Source of the DNA: Squalus acanthias
Taxonomy: Eukaryota
Length of the DNA: 64,000 nucleotides
Assembly: GCA_030390025.1 (NCBI GenBank)
Contig: CM059432.1
Coordinates: 79,424,001 to 79,488,000 of the forward strand
Direction: 5' to 3'
The notes below the pieces were generated by a model. The model was not told where the DNA came from, made no database searches, and saw only the letters and a list, made by a program, of their open reading frames with translations. The position numbers were made by a program, and so were the translations under genes. Shown one piece after another: positions 25,257 through 37,589 of the stretch (its first letter is position 1; every line of letters begins with the position of its first letter).

Positions 25257-26543
25257 TCCAACCAGTCCCCATCCAACACCACCCTCCTCCGCCTGGCTGA
25301 ACTTGTTCTCACATTGAACAACTTCTCCTTTGACTCCACTCATTTCCTCCAAATCAAAGGTGTTGCTATGGGTACCCGCATGGGTCCTAGCTATGCCTGC
25401 CTTTTCGTGGGATATGTGGAACACTCTTTGTTCCAGTCCTACTCGGGACCCCTCCCTCACCTCTTTTTCCGGTACATTGATGACTGTATCGGTGCCGTCT
25501 CCTGCTCTCGTCCTGAACTAGAAAATTTCATTCATTATGCTTCCAATTTCCACCCTTCCCTCACCTTAACATGGTCCATCTCCGACTCTTCCCTTCCCTT
25601 CCTCGACTTCTCCATCTCCATCTCTGGGGATAGGTTATTGACTAACATTCACTACAAGCCCACTGACTCCCACAGCTACCTGGACTACACTTCCTCCCAC
25701 CCCGCCTCCTGTAAGGACTCTATTCCATTCTCCCAGTTTCTCCGTCTCCGCCGCATCTGCTCTGACGATGCCACCTTCCATACCAGTGCTTCCGACATGT
25801 CTTCCTTTTTCCTCAACCGAAGATTCCCCTCTACTGTGGTTGACACGGCCCTCGACCGTGTCCGTTCTATCTCCCGCACTTCTGCCCTCACCCCTCCCCA
25901 TCCCTCCCGGAACTACGATAGAGTTCCCCTTGTCCTCACCTTTCACCCCACCAGCCTCCACATTCAACGGATCATCCTCCGCCATTTCCGCCACCTCCAG
26001 CGTGATCCCACCACCAAACGCATCTTCCCCTCACCTCCCCTTTCAGCATTCCGCAGGGACCGCTCCCTCCGCGACACCCTAGTCCACTCCTCTACCACCC
26101 CCAGCACCCCTTCCCCTTCGCCCGGCACCTTCCTGTGCAAGCGCAGGAGATGCAACACATGCCCTTATACCTCCCCCCTTCCCACTGTCCAGGGCCCCAA
26201 ACACCCCTTCCAGGTGAAACAGCGATTTACTTGTACTTCCTGCAATTTAGTATGCTGTATTCGCTGCTCACGATGTGGTCTCCTCTACATTGGGGAGACC
26301 AAACGCAGATTGGGTGACCGCTTTGCGGAACACCTCCGTTCAGTCAGTAAGGGGGACCCCGAGCTCCCGGTGGCCTGTCACTTTAATTCTCCGCTCCACT
26401 CCCACTCTGACCTCACCATCCTCGGCCTCTTGCATTGTCCCATGGAAGCTCAGCGTAAGCTCAAAGAACAGCACCTCATCTTTCGTTTAGGCACTCTACA
26501 GCCCTCTGGATTCAACATAGAGTTCAACAATTTCAGATCATAA
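25257..26543 (+). pseudogene. Penelope RT (3' half) + GIY-YIG endonuclease, right arm, frame open but 5'-truncated
   Basis: NNFSF...Q.KGVAMGTRMGPSYACLF, FFRYIDD motif, Cys-rich linker, YIGET; first GIY-YIG tyrosine changed (LVCCI versus LVYCI in the left arm). Confidence 0.92.
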
Positions 26544-26846
26544 CCCCGGCCCCTATCACATATATATATATTTTTATTTTATTTTTTCATCCACCCTTTT
26601 GTTTGGCCTTTTTTTCTTCCCTCCCAGAAGCTGGCAGCTGTCCTTCATTCTGCCAGCGCATTTCACACTTCATCTAGCCTCAACCTGTCAAATTACCACC
26701 TCCTCTTGCCTTGAATATTTCTTAATGTCTCTCAATCTGTCCTGCTTTCTATCCTACCACTGACCTTCCCTTTTGTTCTTTCATCCCCTTCCCCTTTTCC
26801 CAGCATTATACTTGCTTTAAATCTATTTCATTTCCTGCTTTTATCC

Positions 26847-26883
26847 AGTTCTGACGAAAGGTCTTCGACCTGAGACATTAACT
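26847..26883 (+). ncRNA. Hammerhead motif copy with mutated core
   Basis: AGTT-CTGACGA-AAGGTCTTCGACCT-GAGACATT-AACT; GAAA changed to GAGA and CGTT to CATT relative to the left arm. Confidence 0.6.
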
Positions 26884-26936
26884 CTGTTTCTCTCTCCACG
26901 GATGCTGCCTGGCCTGCTGAGTTTTTCCAGCGTTTT

Positions 26937-27377
26937 AACATAGAAACATAGAAACATAGAATCTAGGAGCAGGAGTAGGCCATTCGGCCCGTCGAGCCTG
27001 CTCCACCATTCAATACGATCATGGCTGATCATCCAAATCCAGTACCCTGTCCCTGCTTTAATCCCCACAGTACACATATCCCACCCTACCCCCGTAACCC
27101 CACGTATTTAATTCCCCCGAACATATCCCATCCTATCCCCATAACCCCACATATTTAATCCCCCCCTAACACTAAGGGTCAATTTATCATAGCCAAATCA
27201 ACCTAACCCGCACATTTTTGGACTGTGGGAGGAAACCGGAGCACCCGGAGGAAACCCACGCAGACACGGGGAGAATGTGCAAACTCCACACAGACAGTCG
27301 CCCGAGGTCAGATTCGAACCCGGGTCCCTGGCGCTGTGAGGCACCAGTGCTAACCACTATGCCACCGTGTTGCCCGT
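26937..27377 (-). mobile_element. tRNA-derived V-SINE (HE1-like) with CR1-derived tail, inserted in the Penelope pLTR
   Basis: Head GGGCAACACGGTGGCATAGTGGTTAGCAC (A box) ... GGTTCGAATC (B box); V-domain 'GTGTGGAGTTTGCACATTCTCCCCGTGTCTGCGTGGGTTTCCTCCGGGTGCTCCGGTTTCCTCCCACAGTCC'; tail shared with CR1 3' UTR; GTTTT duplicated at 26932-26936 and 27378-27382. Confidence 0.92.
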
Positions 27378-29034
27378 GTTTTCTGTTGTTATTCCAGTGA
27401 ACTTCTAGTTTGTTCCACTTTGATAGTGCTTTTACCAACTGAGCCATTGGGGGTCTACTTTGAAGGGTTTGTAGATGTCACAAATATATTGTGAGAGCTA
27501 TGTATTCTTTTCACACAGATACTGATAGAACTTTCAACAGAAGCTACAGCACTCTGCATGTAGTTTCCTTTCTCTTTAAACACATTTATAATTACAGTAT
27601 TTAAACATCCAACTGGAATCTGGATCTACTGTGGTGCTGATGTCTTCATTTTTCAATCAAATCACATTTTAAAGTGTTCTATTTATTATACAGTTGTTTA
27701 TTAATTTAGTTTTCTTAAAAGAATAATATTCATTTTCAATAAATCTATCTATTATTTTAAATGATGCGATAGTGCAGCACATTGGAGTTCCCAAACCGGC
27801 ACCATGAAGTGATGGATGAGTGTCCAACATCAGTTGAGCGGCTATGGGGGAACACCGAGCATCTTGTAGAGGATAAGAAAAATTAAATGGGACATTTCCA
27901 ACAGGCTGTTCTCACACACCTCCTGGTAACTGGCTAAAATCAGCATTAGCAGTAATCTAGAAGCCAACCACCAGCCCCACCATCTTAGAAGAAATATGTG
28001 GTCCAGGCCTGCATAATCAGCAAATGGAGAAAATCAAAAGGAAAATGAGGATCAGTCCTTTCATAGCAATGTAACCTGATTTTTTATATTTTAATAAAAA
28101 TACTGTACAGTCCAGTACTCCATGTGTGGTTCATTTCCCAGAGATTATACATATGTGAGCTTCTACAAATAAGAATTTTTTATGAGCATTGGTGGAAATA
28201 GGCGGTCTTAGTGATGGCGCGTATATGTAGTCGGAAGTTAATTTCAGGGTCAAATATGACACTAAGGTTGCGAACAGTCTGGTTCAGCCTCAGACAGTTG
28301 CCAGGGAGAGGGATGGAGTTTGTGGCGGGGCCTGAAGACAATAGCTTCAGTCTTCCCAATATTTAGTTGGAGGAAATTTCTGCTCATCCAGTACTTGTCG
28401 GACAAGCAGTCTGACAATTTAGAAACAGTGGAGGGATCGAGAGGGGTGGTCGTGAGGTAGATCTGATTGCATACATGTGGAAACTGACACTGTGGCCGCG
28501 ATTTTATCGGCACTCAGAGGGCGGGTTTGGAGGCGGGTCAGAGGTTAAAATCATTTTGATTGACGGCGGGTTGCGATCCCGCCATCAACCCGCCTCCACA
28601 TTACTTTACCAAGTACCGGCTGTGGGAGTCCCAATCGTTCCCACCACCAAGAGGCGGGAGAGACCCTTAAGGCAGTTAACAGCTTGTTAACTGCCTGGAT
28701 AAGCCGATTTTAACAGGGTATTTCAATTTTTGTACATTTTCAGCGTGTTCCATGCCGTTCGCAAACCACGCCAGCTGATTGTGTCGGGTTCAGCAAGTGC
28801 CTGACTTCTTGACAGCTGCAGCTCCAGCATAAAAACGGAGCTCTAACATGGCTCTCTTACAGATGACAGAACTTTGTTTTTTCAGGTGTTGGAACACTTT
28901 TTTTGCAGGTCCACTGAGCTTGTAAGTGGTGAAGCTGAGATCCATCTCCACTGTGACCTCCTGGGAAAACCCTCTCCCCACATTGACTGAGTGCTTATAA
29001 CTTCTAGTCCTCAACTGACATATTTACCAGCAGC

Positions 29035-30261
29035 ATGGGAACCATTTATACCCTGTCATCCTGGTCCTCAGATTAGGAGGAAGAGCAGCCACGGCAGCAG
29101 CAGAACCAGGCACAACAGCAGCAGCAACAACAGGAGTGCCAACCTCCTCCTCACCCACCTGATGCTGCACAGGGCAGAGGGCATCAGCGCAGGGCTGCAC
29201 CTCGCCGCAGGAGATAGCCCCAACACAGGGTTTACAGGCCGAGGAGGAGCTTCCTCAACATGACTGAGCAGCAGTGCCAAAGGAGGCTGAGACTTTCGTG
29301 AGAGGTAGTCACTGACATCTGCGCAATGCTGCAGCACACCTGGAGCCCAGAGGAGCGGGTGGACACTCCTTACCAGTGGCTGTCAAAGTCACCACCACCC
29401 TCAATTTTTGTGCTTCAGGGTCCTTCCAGGGATCATCAGCAGACATCTCCCAGTCGGCCGCACACAGTTGCATCACGCAGGTTACCGATGGCCTCTTTGC
29501 AAAGGCACACAATTACATCCACTTCTCCACAGATGAAGCAAGTGTAACCGCGCATGCGATTGGCTTTGCAAAGATGGCAGGCTTTTCAAGGGTGCAGGGC
29601 ATTGTAGACTGCACATATGTGGCCATTAGGGCACCCCATCACAACCCAGCTATATTTGTCAACCGCAAGGGCTTCCACTCCCTTAATGTCCAGCTGGTGT
29701 GTAACCACAGGAAGAACATTATGCATGTTTGCGCCAAGTTCCCTGGCAGTTGCCATGACTCGTTCATCCTGCGGCAGTCTACTGTGCCTCAGCTCTTCAA
29801 TCCGCCAACCCAACTTTCCGGATGGCTACTTGAAGACAAGGGCTATCCCCTGAAGACGTAGCTAATGATGCCGTTGAGTAGGCCATCAAACGAAGCTGAG
29901 GAGCGCTACAATGCCAGCCAAATTTCCACCAGAGCCATCATCGAGCAAACCATCGGCTTGCTCAAAATGCGATTCAGATGCCTTGACAGAGCAAGTGGAG
30001 CCCTACAGTATGCACCAGCCAGGGTCTCCAGAATCATCGTGGTCTGCTGTGCACTGCACAACATTGCACAGCAGCGTGGCTTCCAATTGCCTGAGGAACA
30101 AGTGGCTCAGCACATAGCCTCCTCGGATGAGGACGGGGACCACCACCGCCACCACCACCTCCACCGCCACTGCCACCATCACCACGCCAGTTCCAGCAGC
30201 ACACGAACACATTGCTGCCCGTGATGCAAGGGATGCACTAATCTATGCCAGATTCGCTTAA
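29035..30261 (+). pseudogene. Harbinger DDE transposase (HARBI1-family), disrupted
   Basis: [69 protein letters not shown]; in-frame TAG at 29859-29861 plus frameshifts in the 5' part and near 30140-30220. Confidence 0.93.
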
Positions 30262-30973
30262 GTTGACGAAGCAAACACATGTGGCTGCCACCTTCTTAAC
30301 ACACCATACACAATGTACAAGAACCTGTAGGTTCCTATCACTCTCACCAACATCATTATAGATGAAAGGCACCCTGGCACCTCACTGTGACACTTCCATT
30401 TCTGGGCACACATAGGCCAACTCTTTGAATGTTTGCCATCCCATTTCTTTATTGCAATTGAAATGGCGATGATTATATTAAATATGTATTACAACAAAAC
30501 ACCCAAGTGACTACCCTTGTGACTATAGGTGCTTAATCTTTCTCTTATGTGTGCTTCTACGTGGTGCTTCCCCTATGGCTTCAGCAGATGTGGAGGCACC
30601 TTACTCACTTTCATGCTGCTCCTGCTTCAACACCTTTGGTGGGTGTCCTCTGGGTTTGTGAGCCTGGGAGGGCTCGGCAACAGTCTGCTCCTCCTACGGC
30701 TGTGCAGGGGCTGAGACGGCCATCTCAGTTGGGTGAGGACTCTGGTGGGGCTCTGACCGAGGGCTCTGCAGTGGCATGGGAGTGTGAGTGCTTGGAGAGG
30801 AGCCCACACTTCCTTGTTGCCTGCCACCAACATCCCTCTCATGGGTCAGCCGCACTTCAGTGCTAGTAAGTGGCTGGACAGCACCTTGCTGCACATCAGG
30901 GGGTCCATGAGGACTCGTATCTGCACTGGCAGTCCTCCTCAAAAGGACGTCCATGAAGCTCTGGTCTCTCTGC

Positions 30974-32441
30974 TCATCGCTCCTCCAGAGATGTCATTCT
31001 ATTCTGAACAGTCACCATGTTTTCCTGACTGTGGTGACTTATTTCCTCCATGACCGTAGCCATCCTTTCCACGGAGGTAGCCATCCTTTCCACGGAGGTT
31101 GCCATCCTATCCATGGTGGTGCGTTCATGCGCCATTGCCTCCACAAAGGCACTGCTCATGTTAGAGATGGACTCCTCCATCCTCTCCACACTCGCAGTTA
31201 CCCTGGATGCAAAACCTGCCAGAGACTCCTGCACTTGTTCCTGGAGTTCCAGCACCGCTCTTCTGGATGGCCCCAGAGGCACAGGGTCCACATGCAGCTG
31301 AGCAGAGCTGGGAGCGCCCTGCGGCCTCCAACGAGGATTCTCCACTGCTGTTCCTGTCTCCACCATCTGCTGATGCTCAGTTGTGAGCTGCGAAACACCA
31401 GGTGACAACACTAATCTATCTCGCGAAGGACCCACCGAGGTGTGCGTCTCTGCGCTGGTACTGGGTGCGCTTAATTCTGCTGACGCTGCGCCCTCAGAGG
31501 TTGCAGCTTCCTCTGAGGAGTCTTCCAGCTCTTCCTCCTGGACAGTGGGGATGGTCTCGATGGTCCTGTGGGGGAGTAAAGGCATGAGTTAGACATGTGA
31601 TATTAACGTAGCATGCACATTGAATTGTGCAGATGATCATAACTCAATCTGTATGAGCATCAGATGCCATATCAGTCACTCATGTAACTGAGAGGGCTGC
31701 AAATCTATTCTGTCACCAGCTTGCTCTACTGCGCCCATCTGACCATCCCCCACTTCCAGATCCTCAGCACCTCCTATGATCTCCAGAGCGGTGGTCAGCT
31801 GGGCAATGGAAGGTGGCCCTCCTCCTGTCCTGGCCCTCTCCCTCTTATTGTTAGCTCTCTTTTCCTGCAATGAGGGACACAAGTGGAGTTTGAGTGAGAA
31901 TGTTGGAATGCGTGTAGAGAATCCATAGCATAGATGCTTAGAGGGAGACAAAGATGGAGTGAGATGCCAATACCAAGGGCCCTCCCTGTGCATTGTTAGT
32001 TGTTGTCATTGCATAACAGTGATAGCGAGTGTGAGGGGTGCATAGTAGAACAGTGAAGTGATTCTGTACATAGAGAGAGAGGGATGGTTAAGGGTGCAAG
32101 GGATGTAAGGGTAAAGTAGGATGTGCAGGAGTAGGTTGACAATGCAGAGTGCTGGTGATGAGAGGAGATGGGGAGCAGATTGAAGGTAAGTGTGATGTTA
32201 TACTCACTTTTGCTGAGTGTATCAGGTCATTAAACCTTTTCCTGCACTGGACCCAGGAGCGAGCACACAAAGATCTGGAGCTCACCTCAGCAATTTGCAG
32301 CCAGGCTGCTTTGCTTTGCTGAGGAGTATTCCTCCGTCCGGATGATGGGAAGAGTACCTCCTGGCGCCCTCTCACTCCCTCCACAAGAGCATGGAGGGAG
32401 TCATCAAAGCGGGGAGAGGCCTTAGCTCTTGCAGCAGTCAT
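30974..32441 (-). pseudogene. Harbinger Myb/SANT-like DNA-binding protein, 3 exons (32441-32208, 31864-31717, 31565-~30974)
   Basis: PRFDDSLHALVEGV..RQEVLF...AWLQIAEV...RSWVQCRKRFNDL..AK|gtgagt; cag|EKRANNKRERARTGGGP; acidic/coiled-coil third exon with ERMATSV repeats. True 3' end may extend past a frameshift. Confidence 0.88.
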
Positions 32442-33666
32442 GGGTACAATTTCAAAACGAGAAGCAACAGGAAAGGATGAAATTGAAACAATGCTGCATG
32501 GGCCCCTTAAATACAGCTGGCTGACAGACGTCAGCAGAGGTGAGCAGCAGACCCGAAACCACTAATTGGGCCGGGTAGCGCACAGGGAGACATTCATTAG
32601 GCCACTTAAGGCAAAATCGCAGTTTCTGGCCGGCTGAAAGCGGAGGCGGGACTGGAACCCGCCGAACATCAAACCCGCACCCAACCCGCCTCCATTGATA
32701 AAATCGTAGCCTGTGTTTTCGGATGATGTTGCCAAGGGGCAGCATGTAGATGAGAAATAAGAGGAAGCCAAGGATAGATCCTTGAGGGACACCAGAGGTA
32801 ACGGTGTGGGAGCTGGAAGAGAAGCCATTGCTATCGAGAGCACACGTATTTTATCTAATCAGATTTTATTTTAAATCATCTTTTCCTTTAAATAATTTGT
32901 ATTTAAAAGTTACTGCCTTAAATTATACAAGGGTGTATTTTCCTTCCAATGCAATAGAATTGTTCAGTTAATCCCTTCTGACTGTATAAGCAAGAGAGCG
33001 CCTAGACACTTAAGACTACGAAGTCCCTCTATTTAGATAACACATCCAGATGCAGGTTTTAATAATGTGAGAACTAGAATCGTTGTCACAGTTCACAAAA
33101 ACTTAGAGAAATCCATCAAACTGATTCTATATGCTTTTTATAAATCTGAAGCAATTAAAAAACCCACTTTCTCATCTTCAGAAAATGCTGGAAACACTCA
33201 GCTATCCACTATCTAATTGTATCTAATTATTAATACAAATCGGCCTCCACCCCAACTCATTTTAAATTCTTGATAGCTGTTTTATAATAGAAGCCAAATG
33301 CATCCTTCCATTCTCCTAAACATTTTACTCATGCAGTCACCACAGGGAGAAAGGCCTCTTCTCAGTTTAATTCCCAACACATTACCCAGCATCCCATCAA
33401 GCAGTCTCTAGAGGTACAAAATGTTTATTTTGATTCTGTAGATGCAGAACATGTGGTTGAAACCAGACCAATCAGCCACTGTGATTGAGGCTTGGTGGCC
33501 CCTATTTAAAGAAAAGAATATTGGCTCTGACTATTGTTGCTAGAGATCCGTTATAGTAGTCGTAACTTATACTTCTGATTGGTGAGTAGTGGAGCAACGT
33601 ATTGGGGGTCGGAAACTGACTGAGCATGCTATCCTTTCATTTAAGAGGCACCAGCTTGCATTCTAA

Positions 33667-35048
33667 GGCCGAGAAATTTGATGCTTTAACGCCGGCCGTT
33701 AAGTCCGATTTTGTAGAAAAAATTGGAACGTGGCAGCCGCCATATTGGGTAGGTCGGCAGCGCTGCTGTTGCCTGCACTCGCTGTAAGTATTTTAATTAC
33801 TAGAAGCATGACATCAATTGGCATGCAACGCTGAATTGATGCACACTGAATTGATGCACACTGATCCATTTTGGAGCTTGCTGCTCCTCTTACGGCCCTC
33901 TCCAAAGCAGGCCCGTGTGTGCAGCCGTAGAGCCGGGAGAAAGCGGAGGTGAGCTATAAACCGCACAGTAAACAGCTGCTGAGATAACTGGTAACTATGG
34001 AGAGCTCAGACTATGTAATTGGAGTGAAAACTGCTTCCAATGAGAGGCATTAAATCTCCCCCCTGCTCAGTCAAATATTACAGGGGGGAGATTTATTATA
34101 TTATAAATATTATAAAATCTATACTGTACTACAGTTATGATAATCTCAGGAAAAAATCCAAGCTGCATTTCCTTAAATTTTATACATTGGGTTTTCTAGT
34201 TTAGGGACTGATAAAATATGTAAAGTTTGAAAGTCTGTTTTTAAAAGGCTTAACACCATATTCTCACCAAGAGTTCTTGAAAAGTCTGCTGTTGTTAAAA
34301 ATTGAATTGAACTCTCTTCTGCACGATTTATACCAGTAAACTCCTCACCAAGAGGTTCATGTTTCCCTTTTTAAAAATGTATTTCAATTGATTTCTCATG
34401 CAACAGTTTAACGACATCTATGCCACAGTCTTTATGTGGTGTTTCCAGTCACAGTCCCTCCAAATCTGAGCCTATGCTTTAAGAGCCACTCACCAGGGAG
34501 TGAATCCCCTATGTGATATGCAGGCTAGTGCACTGTCACTGCTAGTTGCAAGACGGTGCATCCCCATCTCCCTCCAGCACCGTGGTGGAGCACAAACTTC
34601 CACACAGCAACCATCTGGGTGAAACATCTGTGGACCTATGGCAGCCAGCGAAGGTGGGAGTACCAGGCAGTCTGGTACCCATTTGTGGACCCCATACAAG
34701 ACCCAGACAAATGTCCACAAAAGTAAGAGGGGAGCAGTGGACAAACAAATGCCTCCTAATGTGCCACAACGGACAATGCTACAACCCTACAAGAGCCAAT
34801 CAGCGGACTTGATACCTCCTGACCCAGCAAACCCCAGGAGCCGTCACTAAATTATCCCAAACAGTACATTGCCCGAGAATGCCGCACCGATCCTTTAGAC
34901 ATGACCTTCAGCATCCTGAAAGCGTTGCACAAGAGATTCTGCGCTCCATTCATGTAAATCAGCAGGCAGCACCACTTTTTGCGGGCGGCCGTTAACCTTG
35001 GCCCGCGCTGGCACCGCCCGTTTTCACGCCTAATCGAATTTCTAGGCC
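33667..35048. mobile_element. Non-autonomous Harbinger-type element (1382 bp)
   Basis: TIR GGCCGAGAAATTTGAT / ATCGAATTTCTAGGCC; canonical TAA TSD at 33664-33666 and 35049-35051. Confidence 0.82.
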
Positions 35049-37478
35049 TAAGTTTCAGCTGCTTATAAAAGTCCTCAGAGTTTGGATGGTCTCAGCTTAG
35101 TTCATGAGCGCGAGTGCATAGAAGAAAAACGAAAGTTTCACTCAATGATAGTGTGAGCAATGGGACTGTCACAGTGGTGCAATAGGAAATACTCTTCTGA
35201 GACTGGAGTTCCTTGCTGTCTGATCTATATCTGACCTGGCAGTGATTGCTGTTTACATTAGGCACAAAAAATGTTCAATTTCCTCGAAATTATATCCCTA
35301 ATTTGGAGCACAACATAATATACAGTATACACATATAAACAGTGCAGTAATTCTTTCTAGCGTGGGGATGATTTATAACGTATTTTTGCTGAGGGGGTTT
35401 CAACTGCATATCCAGTTTTGTTCATACAACCCATATATTGGCGAGAACAGGATTTCCCAATGTGTGGTTAATAAATTTGCACTGGTTTAACCCTCGGGGA
35501 ATTGCAGCAACATTTCAGCGCCACACTCAAAATGTCATAAGATTAGAAGGTTTCATTTTTCAACCCAGACAAACGTTAGAAATAGAAATCTAGCCTGTGG
35601 GTTTCATATGGCTTATGACATTAAACATTACTATGAAACTAACTGGTTAAACAGAAAGATTTTTTTCACATTTTTACATTTTTTTTAAACAGTGCTTCTT
35701 ATATTGATGTCGTTAATAAGTGAAAACCCGCCAAATGATGATTGATCGGACACAGTTGAGAACATTAACATCAACTGAAACAGTTATGTTGCCGAGTGAA
35801 CACATTTTTTCCTGAGAAGGTAAGTTTTCATAATTAGTGTGAAGTTTAGGTAGTCGGAGGCAATGCGAAATATTTGAGACTGCTGTAAGTTTCAAATCTA
35901 TGTAAAAAATGTGATTGTAAATTAGATTTAGACGTTTGCGCGAAATAACGTTTTATGTAATTTCCGGTTGAACACTATTGCACATTAATTGACATTTTAC
36001 ATTCCTCAACAAAATACGCAGTTATCAAAAAGAACATTCCACTGAATCATAAGAGCACATTCTAAGGTACAATATACATTAAAACTATGAAGGGGTAGTG
36101 TCGTTCGATTTTACTATATTAGTCAATGTTTTAGATTGAAGGTATGCCTGGCTAAAGTATTTGCTCCTTTGACACATGCTTATTTCTTCCATGCCCATCA
36201 AGTTAGAGATTTGTCTTCAACCGGACAGGACCCCTTTTTGTGCAGTTTAGGTCATCAGATAAGGTCCAGCAAGGGAGTTCATGCTCCGAGTTTTTAAAAT
36301 ATAGGTGTGTGAGTCGGCATACTTCCAGATTCAAATCCACGTTGTTCAACATCGTAAAATAAATTTACGCTACTCTCTTTCAAACACCCCAAGTAATTGA
36401 ACCAATAAAGATATTGATCCGTGCTTTCAACTCAACAATTGCTGGTGCTTGAATAAGCATTATTGAAATGATGGATCAAACAAATGAAATATATGGACGG
36501 GCTGTTTTATTTACGGTCAGTACAGTAAGATAAGTTAAATACAAACGTAAATTATTCTTCTAAAAATGTGTATATATTTCGGATATCTCTATATCGATGA
36601 AAAAAACAGTTCAATGTAACACCAATACATGTCTCTTGTCATAAGAGTGGCCAAAATTAAGTTTAATATTTCTAATAAATGTCAACATATTAGCCACAAT
36701 AATTCGATGCATTTCAGTTGTGTAACACTTTGGTATACAGCGGTTTGGTAGACTTGTTAGTCGTGTACTGCCCAACTATCGGCAGTTACGCGAAGGTTTC
36801 AATCATATCGAAGCTGAATGAGAACGGAATACTTTTATTTAAAGCTTTAATGGTCAAAGAAAGTATGCACACATCCACAGTACCTTGCCGTGCACAACAA
36901 TATTTTGCTGTTATTTGTTCATTCTTGTATTTAGTGCAAACCTATTGAAATTGAAAGTGCATAGCCGATCAGCCAGGAGTCTTCATTTTTAGAAACCAAC
37001 CCCAATCCTTTGAGCATCATTAGGCCGAGAAGCAGTTGAACTGAAAGCGTTAGCTTCAGCATGTCACAAATTTGCAAGCGTTGGCGCTTCTATGTCGGCA
37101 TTTCAGATTTCATTGGCAAAAAATGGATGGGAGGAGGTCCTTGGCACAGTCAATGTAACACATCGTCAACTGATATTTACAAACATATTTTACAAGTAAC
37201 GCCTTGCTCATAAATCGCGAAATATTTGGAGACTATACTTTGAATATACTTAACATTAAACAATATTTTAGATCAATTTCAAATACGACACATTCATTTG
37301 AATAATTGCATTCAATTATATATCTTGTTTACTCATTTATTTGAGATATCTGTACCTTGAAAATGTATAACTTGCTCTTCAAAGAACTCAATCAAAAATA
37401 GCAGTGGTGAAGTTGGTTCTGGTCGTTGGTTCCAATAAGTATAAACACCATGCGATGAGTTTTGAGAAGTCTCCCAGC

Positions 37479-37589
37479 TTAGACAGGATCGGGACTGGTC
37501 GCCTCTCCTTGAGTTTGATTCTCTGATTGACCCGAATTCAGAAACTGTCCTGTTGCACCAATGTACAACCGGGATCGCATCGGCCACTT
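37479..37589 (-). CDS. TCF24: TCF24 last coding exon (KWPMRSRLYIGATGQFL...DPV*)
   Basis: tttcag|AAG TGG CCG ATG CGA TCC CGG TTG TAC ATT GGT GCA...TAA; 111 nt, phase 0; C-terminal motif characteristic of TCF23/24. Confidence 0.93.
   Translation of the reverse strand, partial: KWPMRSRLYIGATGQFLNSGQSENQTQGEATSPDPV

Larger units (their letters stand above)
23777..27390. mobile_element. Penelope-like element (Neptune-like) with inverted arms, flanked by a 17-bp TSD
   Basis: Minus arm 23777-25256 and plus arm 25257-27390 are inverted copies of RT C-terminus + GIY-YIG + pLTR; ATTCCAGTGAACTTCTA directly repeated at 23760-23776 and 27391-27407. Confidence 0.92.
28494..32711 (+). mobile_element. Near-complete PIF/Harbinger DNA transposon (4218 bp) with convergent transposase and Myb/SANT genes
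   Basis: TIRs GGCCGCGATTTTATC / GATAAAATCGTAGCC with GGCGGGTT subterminal repeats; TSD TGT at 28491-28493 and 32712-32714. Confidence 0.95.
28195..32840 (-). mobile_element. L2 LINE RT fragment split by the Harbinger insertion (28195-28493 and 32712-32840)
   Basis: Removing 28494-32714 rejoins [21 protein letters not shown], continuing to WMSRNFLQLNIGKTEAIVF. Confidence 0.85.

Noticed and set aside
24225..25460. 411-aa minus ORF as a novel fusion protein
   Set aside because: Its N-terminal ~68 codons are just the antisense of the opposite arm read across the inversion junction.
29035..30261. Domesticated HARBI1 gene
   Set aside because: Has a stop and frameshifts and lies between TIRs with a TSD inside an L2, so it is a transposon copy.
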